Virus record (IMG/VR): IMGVR_UViG_3300045988_143938
DNA from: a virus
Strand: one strand, 5' to 3'
Length of the DNA: 64,000 bases
How positions within the stretch are numbered: the first letter of the stretch is position 1; each line of letters begins with the position of its first letter. The translations under genes and the position numbers were made by a program. The notes under the pieces were generated by a model. The model saw only the letters and a program-made list of their open reading frames with translations, did not search any database and was not told the DNA's origin. Shown here in pieces: positions 27,122-35,810 of the stretch.

Positions 27122-27505
27122 ATGAGAAAGATTTTATTTTTACTGGCAATGTTGCCAATGTTAATGTTTAGTGCATGTTCGGATGATGACGACGAAGTTA
27201 AGATTACCTCTGAGCAAGTTACAGGAAAATGGAATGTTACTTGGGTGCAAGAGGGAAGCGCAAGTTCTGATATATCCAAAGGGAATATATATATGGAACT
27301 AAGAAGCGATGGGTCTTACAAGACTGTAATATTCGGAGATTACTACATTGGAAAATGGAAACTTGAAGGGAGTACCGTTGTTGGAACTACAATAGACCCT
27401 ATTACCGAACGTTATACATTTACGTCATTTGACGGTAAGAATGCGGAAATAGACTACTCTAATAGCGAAGGTGATAAAATGAAGTTCAGAGCTACAAAAG
27501 AGTAA
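27122..27505 (+). CDS. lipocalin-like lipoprotein (moron)
   Basis: Signal peptide with lipobox MLMFSAC, an acidic linker SDDDDE, and GKWNVTW...GKWKLEG motifs typical of Bacteroides lipocalin-like domains. Confidence 0.75.
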   Translation: MRKILFLLAMLPMLMFSACSDDDDEVKITSEQVTGKWNVTWVQEGSASSDISKGNIYMELRSDGSYKTVIFGDYYIGKWKLEGSTVVGTTIDPITERYTFTSFDGKNAEIDYSNSEGDKMKFRATKE

Positions 27506-27545
27506 TACACAACTTTAAGGCTTAATATATTAGTACATCATCAGG

Positions 27546-27577
27546 TCAAGCGGAGGAAACTCCGCTTGATTTGTTTG
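27546..27577 (+). terminator. intrinsic terminator
   Basis: TCAAGCGGAG, a GAAA loop, CTCCGCTTGA, then TTTGTTTG. Confidence 0.75.
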
Positions 27578-27708
27578 TGAGAGAAAGTTATTCTGTATTA
27601 ATAAGTAATCTATTAAAAACTAAACATTTAGATTGGTGCCACTTCGTTGTATGCTATTAAACATGTATAAAAAAATAAGTGATTTATTGCAATATAAACT
27701 TTAGTCGC

Positions 27709-27809
27709 TATATTTGCATCATAATTACGCTCATGGCTACGCATACCCGAAAGCAGCTTCTTGCCGCTTATCCTTAAATAATGGGTATGCCGACCCCTGG
27801 GCATTTTTT
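27709..27809 (+). ncRNA. candidate about 90-nt small RNA (promoter-to-terminator unit)
   Basis: -7 box TAtaTTTG at 27709-16. 8-bp stem GCATACCC 27741-48 / GGGTATGC 27783-90. Terminal ATGCC/GGCAT hairpin plus T6 at 27804-09. Only 10-14-codon ORFs lie inside. Confidence 0.35.
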
Positions 27810-27942
27810 ATAAATAACCATAATGAAAAAAGACAACAACTTCTCACCTGTAAGGGTTGCCGTATTGGTAGATAGCGGTTTTTATAATTTTGATTAGGTA
27901 TTTCCAATCGAAATTTTCTCTGCTTTTCTTGCCTTACATATT

Positions 27943-28022
27943 TTCGTTCTATCTTTCTAAAATTACTATTGTTAAAAAACTGATTTATTGGTTATTTATT
28001 TGCTTGTTCGTTCTATCTTTCT
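27943..28022. repeat. direct repeat TTCGTTCTATCTTTCT x2 (27943-58, 28007-22)
   Basis: Exact 16-mers 64 bp apart. The second abuts the -7 box TAtaTTTG at 28023-30. Confidence 0.7.
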
Positions 28023-28049
28023 TATATTTGCATATCAAATAGCGCTATA

Positions 28050-28298
28050 ATGAGTAATTGGAGCGAAAAACAAGAAGCGAAGAAAGAGGGCAAGGAAAAG
28101 GATAAGGTAAGGCGTGAAAAACTTGCAGGATTCTTTTTTAATTTGGCGCAAGTTTCTTTCACTGTATTATCTTTGGGATTGGCAATAACCCTTGTGAAAG
28201 AAGAACTTTATGATAACATTTTATTAATTGTTCTTGTTTCTATGGGAATTATACTTACGGTATTATTTGCAAAAATAGGTAATAACATTTTAAGATAA
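28050..28298 (+). CDS. hypothetical 2-TM membrane protein (82 aa)
   Basis: Lys/Glu-rich N-terminus followed by two hydrophobic helices. -7 box 20 nt upstream. Confidence 0.55.
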   Translation: MSNWSEKQEAKKEGKEKDKVRREKLAGFFFNLAQVSFTVLSLGLAITLVKEELYDNILLIVLVSMGIILTVLFAKIGNNILR

Positions 28299-28303
28299 AT
28301 ATT

Positions 28304-28405
28304 ATGGTTGCATTATATGGGTTTGGGCTTATAACAGTAATAACTGTTGCCTTTTGGATTTATACAGAAACTCCCTCCGGTAAAAAGTGGATAAAAGGGC
28401 TGTGA
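28304..28405 (+). CDS. mini TM protein 1 (33 aa)
   Basis: MVALYGFGLITVITVAFWIYTETPSGKKWIKGL. First of three tandem paralogs ending in GKKW[IL]. Confidence 0.45.
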   Translation: MVALYGFGLITVITVAFWIYTETPSGKKWIKGL

Positions 28406-28409
28406 TAAT

Positions 28410-28514
28410 ATGGATGGATTGACAATATTATTTATATTTACGAGTATAATAGGGGGAGGTTTTGCACTTTGGCTTAAAACCAAGTCAGGCAAGAAGTGGT
28501 TAAGAGAACTGTAA
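28410..28514 (+). CDS. mini TM protein 2 (34 aa)
   Basis: MDGLTILFIFTSIIGGGFALWLKTKSGKKWLREL. Confidence 0.45.
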   Translation: MDGLTILFIFTSIIGGGFALWLKTKSGKKWLREL

Positions 28515-28516
28515 TT

Positions 28517-28621
28517 ATGGAAGGTTTGTTAATCGTTTTGGGAGGTTCTGGAGCTTTAGCCTTTTTATTTGCTCTTTGGCTGAATACTCGAAAAGGCAAG
28601 AAGTGGCTTGCAAGCTTATAA
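28517..28621 (+). CDS. mini TM protein 3 (34 aa)
   Basis: MEGLLIVLGGSGALAFLFALWLNTRKGKKWLASL. Confidence 0.45.
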   Translation: MEGLLIVLGGSGALAFLFALWLNTRKGKKWLASL

Positions 28622-28648
28622 ATTGACTATTATTTAGATAAAACAATA

Positions 28649-28676
28649 AAGCCAGACACTACATCTGGCTTTTTCT
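28649..28676. terminator. bidirectional terminator at the right edge of the island
   Basis: AAGCCAGA 28649-56 pairs with TCTGGCTT 28664-71 around a 7-nt loop. T-rich runs follow on both strands. Confidence 0.6.
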
Positions 28677-29165
28677 TTGCAATACATCTCCCTCGGTTTC
28701 TACTACACAGTCCTCTCCATGAATATATACATATACAGAGGCTATTCCTCTTTGAATTACGTTTACCTTTGCCCGGTCATACACATTAATGAATATCTTG
28801 CAATACTGAGAACAGTCAATAGTCACTTCGCTATCATGACGGACATACAAATCACATATAGAGAAACCGTCAAATAGGAGAGTACCTTTACAGCTTCCGT
28901 TCAGTACGGATGTGTGGCTCATATTTCGCTTTTGTATATCTTCGTCAACAAATATGTTGTTTCTGTGAAGAATATCCTTATCGAAGTTTTCCTTTATGAA
29001 ATTATTGGTAGGATACCCTTTGTCTATACAGAAATCAATCCCATGCAAATACTTGTCAATTAACGCTTGTTGATCGGGAGAACCCCATTGTTCCGTCCAT
29101 TCCGTACATAATCCCAGTGATACTGCTTGGTTGAGTAATGTTCTGCTTAAAGCCTTGTCGTTCAT
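28659..29165 (-). CDS. hypothetical protein (168 aa) related in architecture to the 56481..57497 repeat protein
   Basis: The N-terminal A-x4-C...LIDKYL...ENFDKDIL parallels ANAC...LLKAI...ENFTEEEL of the repeat protein. The C-terminus has a degenerate alternating V/I pattern. Directly downstream of the tape measure gene. Confidence 0.6.
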   Translation of the reverse strand: MNDKALSRTLLNQAVSLGLCTEWTEQWGSPDQQALIDKYLHGIDFCIDKGYPTNNFIKENFDKDILHRNNIFVDEDIQKRNMSHTSVLNGSCKGTLLFDGFSICDLYVRHDSEVTIDCSQYCKIFINVYDRAKVNVIQRGIASVYVYIHGEDCVVETEGDVLQRKSQM

Positions 29166-29169
29166 AATT

Positions 29170-32100
29170 TTATATATTAATCTTTCGTTTCCCTTTGTCT
29201 ATAACCATACCCACTAATCCCATAAACTCCTTTAACACAGCCAAGTTGGCTTCTGTGTTTTGAGCACTTCTTAGCGTATTGTTAGCTATCGCTCTTAATT
29301 GCGTTAGTTGCTGTTCTGCGAGAATATTGTACTTTGGGAAAATTTCATTTCCTAATTTTTCAAGAAGAGCACGTTTTACACTTACATCCTGTCGGATGCT
29401 ATTCAGGTATGAACCTAAAAGGTTTGCCGTATCTTCTGTTACACCTTGTATTCCTTTTGTTAATCCGGAAGTGGAAGATTCCCCGGTAGCCGTAAGCGCT
29501 CCTCCGGTAGCTTTATCAAAGGTTTCAAGGAAAGATTGTGAGGCATCTATCATGGCTTTCCCCTCATTGTCGAAAAAGTCTTTTATAGCCCCTGCTGCAA
29601 CAGCGCCATTATCTTGAATATCCGTAAACTCCTTAAACAGGCCTTTTTCTCCGAAAAGTTTATCCTGTAACTTTTCAAACATGGGCTGTATTACCAAGTT
29701 CTTTAATATGTTGTTGGCAACACTTCGCATGATGTTGTTCACTACGTTGTCAAAAGCCTGCGCTGCATCTTCTCCGTTGGCAAAGGCTTCCGTTAACGCA
29801 TCACTTATCTGACTTGCCCAATCCTGAAAATCTATTCCGTACAAATCTTTGGTAAGGTCTTCCACGAAATAGGCGATTTGCTCGTTCAGTTCCGCAAGCT
29901 GGTTCTTATAGTCTTGTATCTTTCCTGCATCAGATTTCTTTTTCCCTTCTTCGTTTCTTAATTGGCCCTCTATCTCTGCACGTTGAGAAACAAGTCCCAC
30001 GTATTGGGCCTGATATTGTTTAAGGACGCTGTTATCAAGTTCCTTTCCTACGCCAACCTTTTCCAATGCTTCCAGCGCTTCCTTGTCTACACCTATTTTA
30101 AAGTTTAATCCCATAAAACGCTGCATCCCGGCAGGAAGGCTCTCCATTGATTTTATCCGTTTTTTTAATTCTTCCACATAGTCCAAACCCTCGTCTTTTA
30201 ATACTCGGAATTGCATTTTATAGCTTTCGGTAAGCGAACTCCCGGCGCGTTTAACTTGTTCTTCCAACTGTTCATATAGCAATATGGCACGCTCTATACT
30301 TTCGTCTCCACCAAGCGATCTGTCTATGGATTTTCCTAATTGATCGTAGGCGGACTTTAATTCCTCAACTCTTTGTTTGCTACGCTGGATACTTCTTTCA
30401 AGTCTTTTGTCATGTAGTTGCGCAATGCTTCCGATAAAACCGGTTATCCCACCGACTATACCGGCGGCTCCTTGCATTATAGCCATAGGATTTCCACTGG
30501 TAATTCCGGCAAAAAGGGTTCCTCCGCTTTGAGCAATGTTTAATAGTCCTCCTCCAACACTTTGAATTGTACTTAACGCGTCGGCCATACTGTCATTTCC
30601 CAAAGTATCGAACATAGAACTTAGATTACCTAATGTTCCAATGAGTAGATCAGACATTTCTATGATCTCCCCAAGTCCTATGCGTACCTTGTCAGATGAG
30701 CCAGTTTGCTTGTCTTGTGCATCAGTAACATTTTTTTCGGCATCCGCTAAAGTCTTTAGTTTAGGTACTAATTTATCAACAACCTTAGTCCGATAAGATA
30801 AACCACTATCCGTTCTTTTTGTTTCAGTATGGCTCGTGTCTGAAACGCCAGTAATCACCTTGCCCCCGTTTTGGATAAACGCAAGTTCTTGTTGAGCTTT
30901 TTTCAACTCTTTGGTAGCTTCTACGTACTCCTTTATTCCATTTGATAACGTCTTAAAAGGATTTCTGCTCTCGCTCTCATCGCGCAGCTTCTTTAATACA
31001 TTGATAAGCTCTTTGAACTCGTTGACTTTTAGGCTTTGCCCGGTAGTGTTTTTAAAATCCTCTAAATTTTTAATTAACCTATCAAGCGTTGCGGAAGACA
31101 ATCGGTCAAGATCATCGAAGGTTTTTGCCCAATCTTCTGAACTTTTGAATTGCTCAAATTTGATTGATGCGACATCTTCGCCCGCTTTCTCTTTCCTTTG
31201 TGTTATAAGTCTATCGGTAGCTTCTTCTCCAAACTTCTTTCTTCGACTTTCAATATCCGCTAAATCTTTTTGAAGATTGCGTTCAATGTCTTCTATCTTT
31301 TGGGAATAGTCCTTATAATCTTCTATCATGCCTAAAAGATTATCAAGGCTTTCCGACCGCATTTTCTTGCCCTCCTCGCTTATTGCTTGATACAGCTTTA
31401 AAACGGCTCCTTCTCCGAATTGCTTCTTTACATCATCCTCTTTCATGGCAAGGACATCAGTAATGGAAAACTTGCTTCCTGTCTTTTTTAGGGCATCTCC
31501 AAGCTGATTGCGGAAATCTTCAACAATGCTTTCAAATGATATGTTTTCACCGAAAGCAATGTTCATGGAAAGCGCTTTGTTTCCGGTCGCTTCAAATAGC
31601 TTTTTATACAAGTCCCATTTCTCTCCGGCTTGAGAGACATATTTCTCTATTTCCTTTAAGGCGTTATCGGCTTCTTTTTTTGCGTTTTCAATCTGCTCTT
31701 TGTCTATCTTAACGCCAAGAGAAACATATAAATCTTTTTGCTTCTCCTTGCTTTGATCCAGCTGGTTTTGGATATACTTGTACGCCTTACTCGGATCGCT
31801 CAAGTCTAAATTTACCCCCTTGCTATCAAATACTGGTGCAAATTCGGGTATATTCTTTACTCTTTGGGCGGCCGATTCTTCCCCCTCTATTTTCCTCCAT
31901 TTCTCGTAGCTGGATATAGCTTTTTCTATGAGGTCGGCACGATTCTTCCATTGCTCGGCAATAGGGTCTTTGGCTGTATCTGTTGACTTTTCTCTTCCGC
32001 CTAACGTTTCGTATATTTTCCTTGTCGTATCAAGTTCTTTGTTATAGGACGCTAATTGTTTTTCTGAAAATTTATTATCCGGATTAAGGCTGTCTATTTT

Positions 32101-34131
32101 CTTTTTTAAATCACTTATATTAGTAGACAACCTGCTCATGTATTCTTCATACGATTCACTCTCTTTAGGCTTTATGACATTCAAATCTCCAGCGAGCAAG
32201 TTTGCTTCCTTTTCCCAATCAGTCAATGGTTTACTTATATCTATTTGGCTCATCGAATGATAAGACTGTCTGGCTGTATCTATAATGTTAGCCAAGTCTA
32301 AACTTTGCTTTTCAAGTTCCAACAGTCTGTTTCTTGCTTTAGTAATATCCTCCGGTTTATATTTGGCAAAGGATAGTTCTCTTCCTGTCTCGTCAAACCT
32401 TCTATATCCACCCTCTCTGATAATCCCGGCAAGCCTTTCTCTTTCAACATCTACGCTCTGCTTTTGTATTTGCGCATTTGCCATGGTGCCGATAAATTGT
32501 TTTTTGTACAATTCCTTTTGCTCTTGAGAAAGTTTTCGCATCTTCTCAACAGAAAGGGATATTGCTACTCCGTATTTGTCTGTTTGGGCTACTGCATCCT
32601 TGAAGGTGTTAGATAAGTTCTTGGTTATACGTCCTAATTCCCTGCTTTCTTCTGCGCTTTTGTTGGCTTTTTGGCTAAGGGTTTCGTATCGGTCTATAAG
32701 TCCGTCAACGGCCTTGTTCCCCTTCATCTTATCGTTCGTATCGGAAATAGTCTTATTTAAATCTGTAATAACTTCTGTTGTAGTTTTGACTTCCTCTCGA
32801 AACATAACCAATGCTCCTACTACGGTTCCGATAAGAGTTATAATCCAAATTATTGGATTCTTTTTCATTGCAGCGTTTAACGCATTTTGCACAACCAGTA
32901 ATCCCTTAGTTGCGACATTTGTCAACATAACAGCAGTTCTATACGAACCATATACAAACGCCAACATGCCAAGTATATCGGCAACGGTTTCCCAATGTTT
33001 CATCAGCTTGGTAAGTATTTCCAAACTATCAGAAAGGACGCCGCTATTACCCTCTGCAATGTCTGCCATCATTACATCCCAAGCATCTTGCAAGTTGCTC
33101 CATTTACCCGCAAGACTTTCTGCGAGAGCTTCCTGCATGTTGTAGAATTTCCCGCCTTCATTGGTTAACTCCCAAAGAACATCTTTCACCATGCCAAAGC
33201 TGACTTCTTTTCGGCTGATCTTATCGAATACGTCTCCAGCACTGACAACTTTATTTTCAAGAACGGTAAACCGTTTCGCCAGCTCATCAACTAACGGAAT
33301 GCCTGCTTCTGTGAACTGTCTAAGCTCTTGCCCGCGAAGAAACGCGGCACTACGAACTTGTCCGTATGCCAATATGATACGTCCCATATCAACACCGACA
33401 CCCGCGGAAATATCAGCAAGCCGCTTAGTCGTATCGTAAAGCTCTTCGTAGGGGATACTATATGCAGAAAGCTGTTTTGCGTATGACGCTAATTCCTTAA
33501 ACTGGAACGGGGAAGCCACCGCTAACTCCTTGATGCGGTTGAATATCGTTTCAGCTTTCATGCTATCCCCGATAATAGAGGTCAGTGCGATGCGTTGTTT
33601 TTGGAACTCCCCACCAATGGTATATAATCCCCTAACAAAACGCTCTACTGTATATATGGAATACACGTTGGCGATTTGATTTCTTAACTCTCCGGCTATT
33701 CGAGACTGGGAAGACATGGTTGTATTTGCCCGCTTCATAGCGGAATTATGCGTATCTGCGGCTTTTGCTGCTTGTAAACGGACGTTTCTAAGCTGCTCAA
33801 GGGCTTTTTGAGAGTTGGCGTAAGCGTCGGCACGCATTATTTGAGAAACACCCCTCATGGCTCTTAATTCGCTTGTATTCACACCTTGCCCTTTAAAGGT
33901 TTCTGTAAGCTTCTTGATACTCTCACTATCCACCTCAAGCTTCACCTTGTACGTCTTGTTTTTCAGCAAGGAATCTACTTTATCCTCAATCTCTTTTACA
34001 TCAACCTTCAATCCTACTTTCGCGCTGACGGTTGCGTGCATGTTGACGAGCTTTTTTTTGATAGCTTCGTATTCTTGTGGTGTATAGTCTTTCAGGTGAA
34101 TCCCAAAATTCAAATTTCCGAGGTCTGCCAT
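29170..34131 (-). CDS. tail tape measure protein (1653 aa)
   Basis: Size, position after the chaperone pair, long coiled-coil stretches, and Gly-rich hydrophobic segments (for example GIVGGITGFIGSIAQL). Confidence 0.9.
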   Translation of the reverse strand: MADLGNLNFGIHLKDYTPQEYEAIKKKLVNMHATVSAKVGLKVDVKEIEDKVDSLLKNKTYKVKLEVDSESIKKLTETFKGQGVNTSELRAMRGVSQIMRADAYANSQKALEQLRNVRLQAAKAADTHNSAMKRANTTMSSQSRIAGELRNQIANVYSIYTVERFVRGLYTIGGEFQKQRIALTSIIGDSMKAETIFNRIKELAVASPFQFKELASYAKQLSAYSIPYEELYDTTKRLADISAGVGVDMGRIILAYGQVRSAAFLRGQELRQFTEAGIPLVDELAKRFTVLENKVVSAGDVFDKISRKEVSFGMVKDVLWELTNEGGKFYNMQEALAESLAGKWSNLQDAWDVMMADIAEGNSGVLSDSLEILTKLMKHWETVADILGMLAFVYGSYRTAVMLTNVATKGLLVVQNALNAAMKKNPIIWIITLIGTVVGALVMFREEVKTTTEVITDLNKTISDTNDKMKGNKAVDGLIDRYETLSQKANKSAEESRELGRITKNLSNTFKDAVAQTDKYGVAISLSVEKMRKLSQEQKELYKKQFIGTMANAQIQKQSVDVERERLAGIIREGGYRRFDETGRELSFAKYKPEDITKARNRLLELEKQSLDLANIIDTARQSYHSMSQIDISKPLTDWEKEANLLAGDLNVIKPKESESYEEYMSRLSTNISDLKKKIDSLNPDNKFSEKQLASYNKELDTTRKIYETLGGREKSTDTAKDPIAEQWKNRADLIEKAISSYEKWRKIEGEESAAQRVKNIPEFAPVFDSKGVNLDLSDPSKAYKYIQNQLDQSKEKQKDLYVSLGVKIDKEQIENAKKEADNALKEIEKYVSQAGEKWDLYKKLFEATGNKALSMNIAFGENISFESIVEDFRNQLGDALKKTGSKFSITDVLAMKEDDVKKQFGEGAVLKLYQAISEEGKKMRSESLDNLLGMIEDYKDYSQKIEDIERNLQKDLADIESRRKKFGEEATDRLITQRKEKAGEDVASIKFEQFKSSEDWAKTFDDLDRLSSATLDRLIKNLEDFKNTTGQSLKVNEFKELINVLKKLRDESESRNPFKTLSNGIKEYVEATKELKKAQQELAFIQNGGKVITGVSDTSHTETKRTDSGLSYRTKVVDKLVPKLKTLADAEKNVTDAQDKQTGSSDKVRIGLGEIIEMSDLLIGTLGNLSSMFDTLGNDSMADALSTIQSVGGGLLNIAQSGGTLFAGITSGNPMAIMQGAAGIVGGITGFIGSIAQLHDKRLERSIQRSKQRVEELKSAYDQLGKSIDRSLGGDESIERAILLYEQLEEQVKRAGSSLTESYKMQFRVLKDEGLDYVEELKKRIKSMESLPAGMQRFMGLNFKIGVDKEALEALEKVGVGKELDNSVLKQYQAQYVGLVSQRAEIEGQLRNEEGKKKSDAGKIQDYKNQLAELNEQIAYFVEDLTKDLYGIDFQDWASQISDALTEAFANGEDAAQAFDNVVNNIMRSVANNILKNLVIQPMFEKLQDKLFGEKGLFKEFTDIQDNGAVAAGAIKDFFDNEGKAMIDASQSFLETFDKATGGALTATGESSTSGLTKGIQGVTEDTANLLGSYLNSIRQDVSVKRALLEKLGNEIFPKYNILAEQQLTQLRAIANNTLRSAQNTEANLAVLKEFMGLVGMVIDKGKRKINI

Positions 34132-34139
34132 GTCGATTG

Positions 34140-34951
34140 TTATTTTGTGTCCTTTTTAATAGCGTTAACGCCGTTTACTATAAAATCATTAAGAGATATC
34201 CTTTGTCCTTTAGCTTCCTGCTCTTTCCTTTTTGCCTCCCATTTTTTTGTCAGCTCTTTCATCTCTTTGGAAGTGTGCATTCCCTTGTCTACCTTATCGT
34301 CATTATTGTACACCACAATAGGAGCATCGCATATAAGAAGCTCATACAGAGCATTGGTAAGCACCCAGTCCATGTACCAGTTAGGGATATTCACCATTCC
34401 CCAAAAGAGAACGAGAGGGCGGGTTAATTCGGGATGTTTTTCTCCGTTTGCAAAGGCTGCTCCTGCCGAAGTTCTTGAAGGATACGATCTGCTTCCTTTC
34501 TCGTCATCGTCATCACTGTGTCCTTCATTCCTGTCAAGAACATGGTAATGTTCAAGTATTGAAGTCTCTGAAATTCCACTTTTTTTTTACCAAGAGCGAC
34601 GACACTTGTCAGTTCTTGGTCTGTATATTTCTTCCACAGCATGCGCCAATGTATCCAATGGAAAAGCCTTATTTTCCACCAGTTATTCAGGATTATAAGA
34701 GACGCACATCGGGCTGTCACCTCATCGTCTTGTTTACATGATATAAAGGTGTGTGTCAGCTTTCTTATCGTTCCCCGGTGAAGCCACTTTATTCCAATCT
34801 CCTTTTCGCGAAGAGATACATAGTCTGTGCTGTTTTCAAGCACTTCATCAAGTCTTTCCTGTTCTACCGAAGTAGGTTGAGTTATCGTTTTGTCGTTCAT
34901 AATGTTTTGAGGTGTAAAAAGAAAAGGCGGCGGCATAAAGCTCACCGCCAT
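34140..34951 (-). CDS. GT-like chaperone fusion via -1 frameshift at the A9 tract
   Basis: The -1 frame is closed by TAA at 34587-89 (inside the A run) and then stays open from 34586 to the stop at 34140. It is exactly the -1 frame of the G ORF. Confidence 0.5.
34424..34951 (-). CDS. tail assembly chaperone (G-like)
   Basis: Lies between the tail tube and tape measure genes. Contains the A9 tract at 34580-88. Alternative start at 34900 (MNDKTI). Confidence 0.6.
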   Translation of the reverse strand: MAVSFMPPPFLFTPQNIMNDKTITQPTSVEQERLDEVLENSTDYVSLREKEIGIKWLHRGTIRKLTHTFISCKQDDEVTARCASLIILNNWWKIRLFHWIHWRMLWKKYTDQELTSVVALGKKKVEFQRLQYLNITMFLTGMKDTVMTMTRKEADRILQELRQEQPLQTEKNIPN

Positions 34952-34956
34952 TAATA

Positions 34957-35780
34957 TTAGGTACCAGTACCAGCCTGTGTAACTTCTACTGCTGCTGCTT
35001 TGCTTGCGGTAGAAATGTTCACAATGGCAGTTCTTGCAGATGCTCCATTATTTGCATCAACCTTGACCGTTACCACTTTGCCGCTTACGGAAGTCTTGCA
35101 CCATGTTTCTGTTGATGAAGCAGATACTGGGCTTTCTTCTGTTGTAGCTGTAATGGTCTTCCCTGTATTATCAGCGCTGCTGACGAAAGACAGGGAAGTA
35201 GGAGCTACGGTCAGGAGGCTTTTTTTGTTAAGAACGCGATATTGTCGTCAGAAGCAGCAGTGGACGCTGCACCGTCTTCAATTTCAATCGTTCCACTAAG
35301 CGCAAATGCAAACGGAGTGGTGGATGCGTTCTCGAACAACGGGCGTGCGTAGATAGCCATTTTCTTAACCAATATACATTTCTCTCCGTCTTCGCTCAAC
35401 AACGCAAAACCTGCATTAATCTTCTTACTGTTCAGAGTTACGGAGATTCCGGAATACTCTTGTCCGTTTACGGAAGCAGTTGCTACCTTGTTGGCTTCTC
35501 CGAGGAAGAAACTAACCAAATCCTCGCTTATACTCGGTACGGTAGCCGCAAATGTAATGTCACCTGCCGTACTTGTTACAGCCCAGTCCGCTTGAAGCCC
35601 ATGTACCTTTGTACGGTTCAACGTGGGTTCTGCTTGGGACAGGTTCAGGGAATCCACAGTAACGGGCAAGTCAAAGTCCGGCTCCACTGTTGCAAAGTCG
35701 GCAATACCACCCTTTACCAGCATGATAGAAGAAAGACCGCTAAACACTTCTTTCAACTCTTGTTTTGATTTCATTGCCAT
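34957..35780 (-). CDS. tail tube-BACON/Ig-like fusion via -1 frameshift at A_AAA_AAA_G
   Basis: The 0 frame ends ...ACA AAA AAA GCC TCC TGA (A7 at 35220-26). The -1 frame continues for 87 codons, SLLTVAPTSLSFVSSADNTGKTITATTEESPVSASSTETWCKTSVSGKVVTVKVDANNGASARTAIVNISTASKAAAVEVTQAGTGT, to TAA at 34957-59. Confidence 0.6.
35211..35780 (-). CDS. major tail (tube) protein (189 aa)
   Basis: Positional call: last gene before the chaperones and tape measure. Typical size. Confidence 0.7.
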   Translation of the reverse strand: MAMKSKQELKEVFSGLSSIMLVKGGIADFATVEPDFDLPVTVDSLNLSQAEPTLNRTKVHGLQADWAVTSTAGDITFAATVPSISEDLVSFFLGEANKVATASVNGQEYSGISVTLNSKKINAGFALLSEDGEKCILVKKMAIYARPLFENASTTPFAFALSGTIEIEDGAASTAASDDNIAFLTKKAS

Positions 35781-35810
35781 AATAAAAAGTTTTAATCGTT
35801 TATTTTATGT

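Noticed and set aside
29279-34548. Numerous 76-220-aa plus-strand ORFs antisense to the tape measure and chaperone genes
   Set aside because: All are nested antisense within a 1653-aa coiled-coil gene whose codon bias (GAA, AAA and CTT complements) keeps the opposite strand open. Their sequences are low-complexity Ser/Leu/Phe-rich and lack start context.
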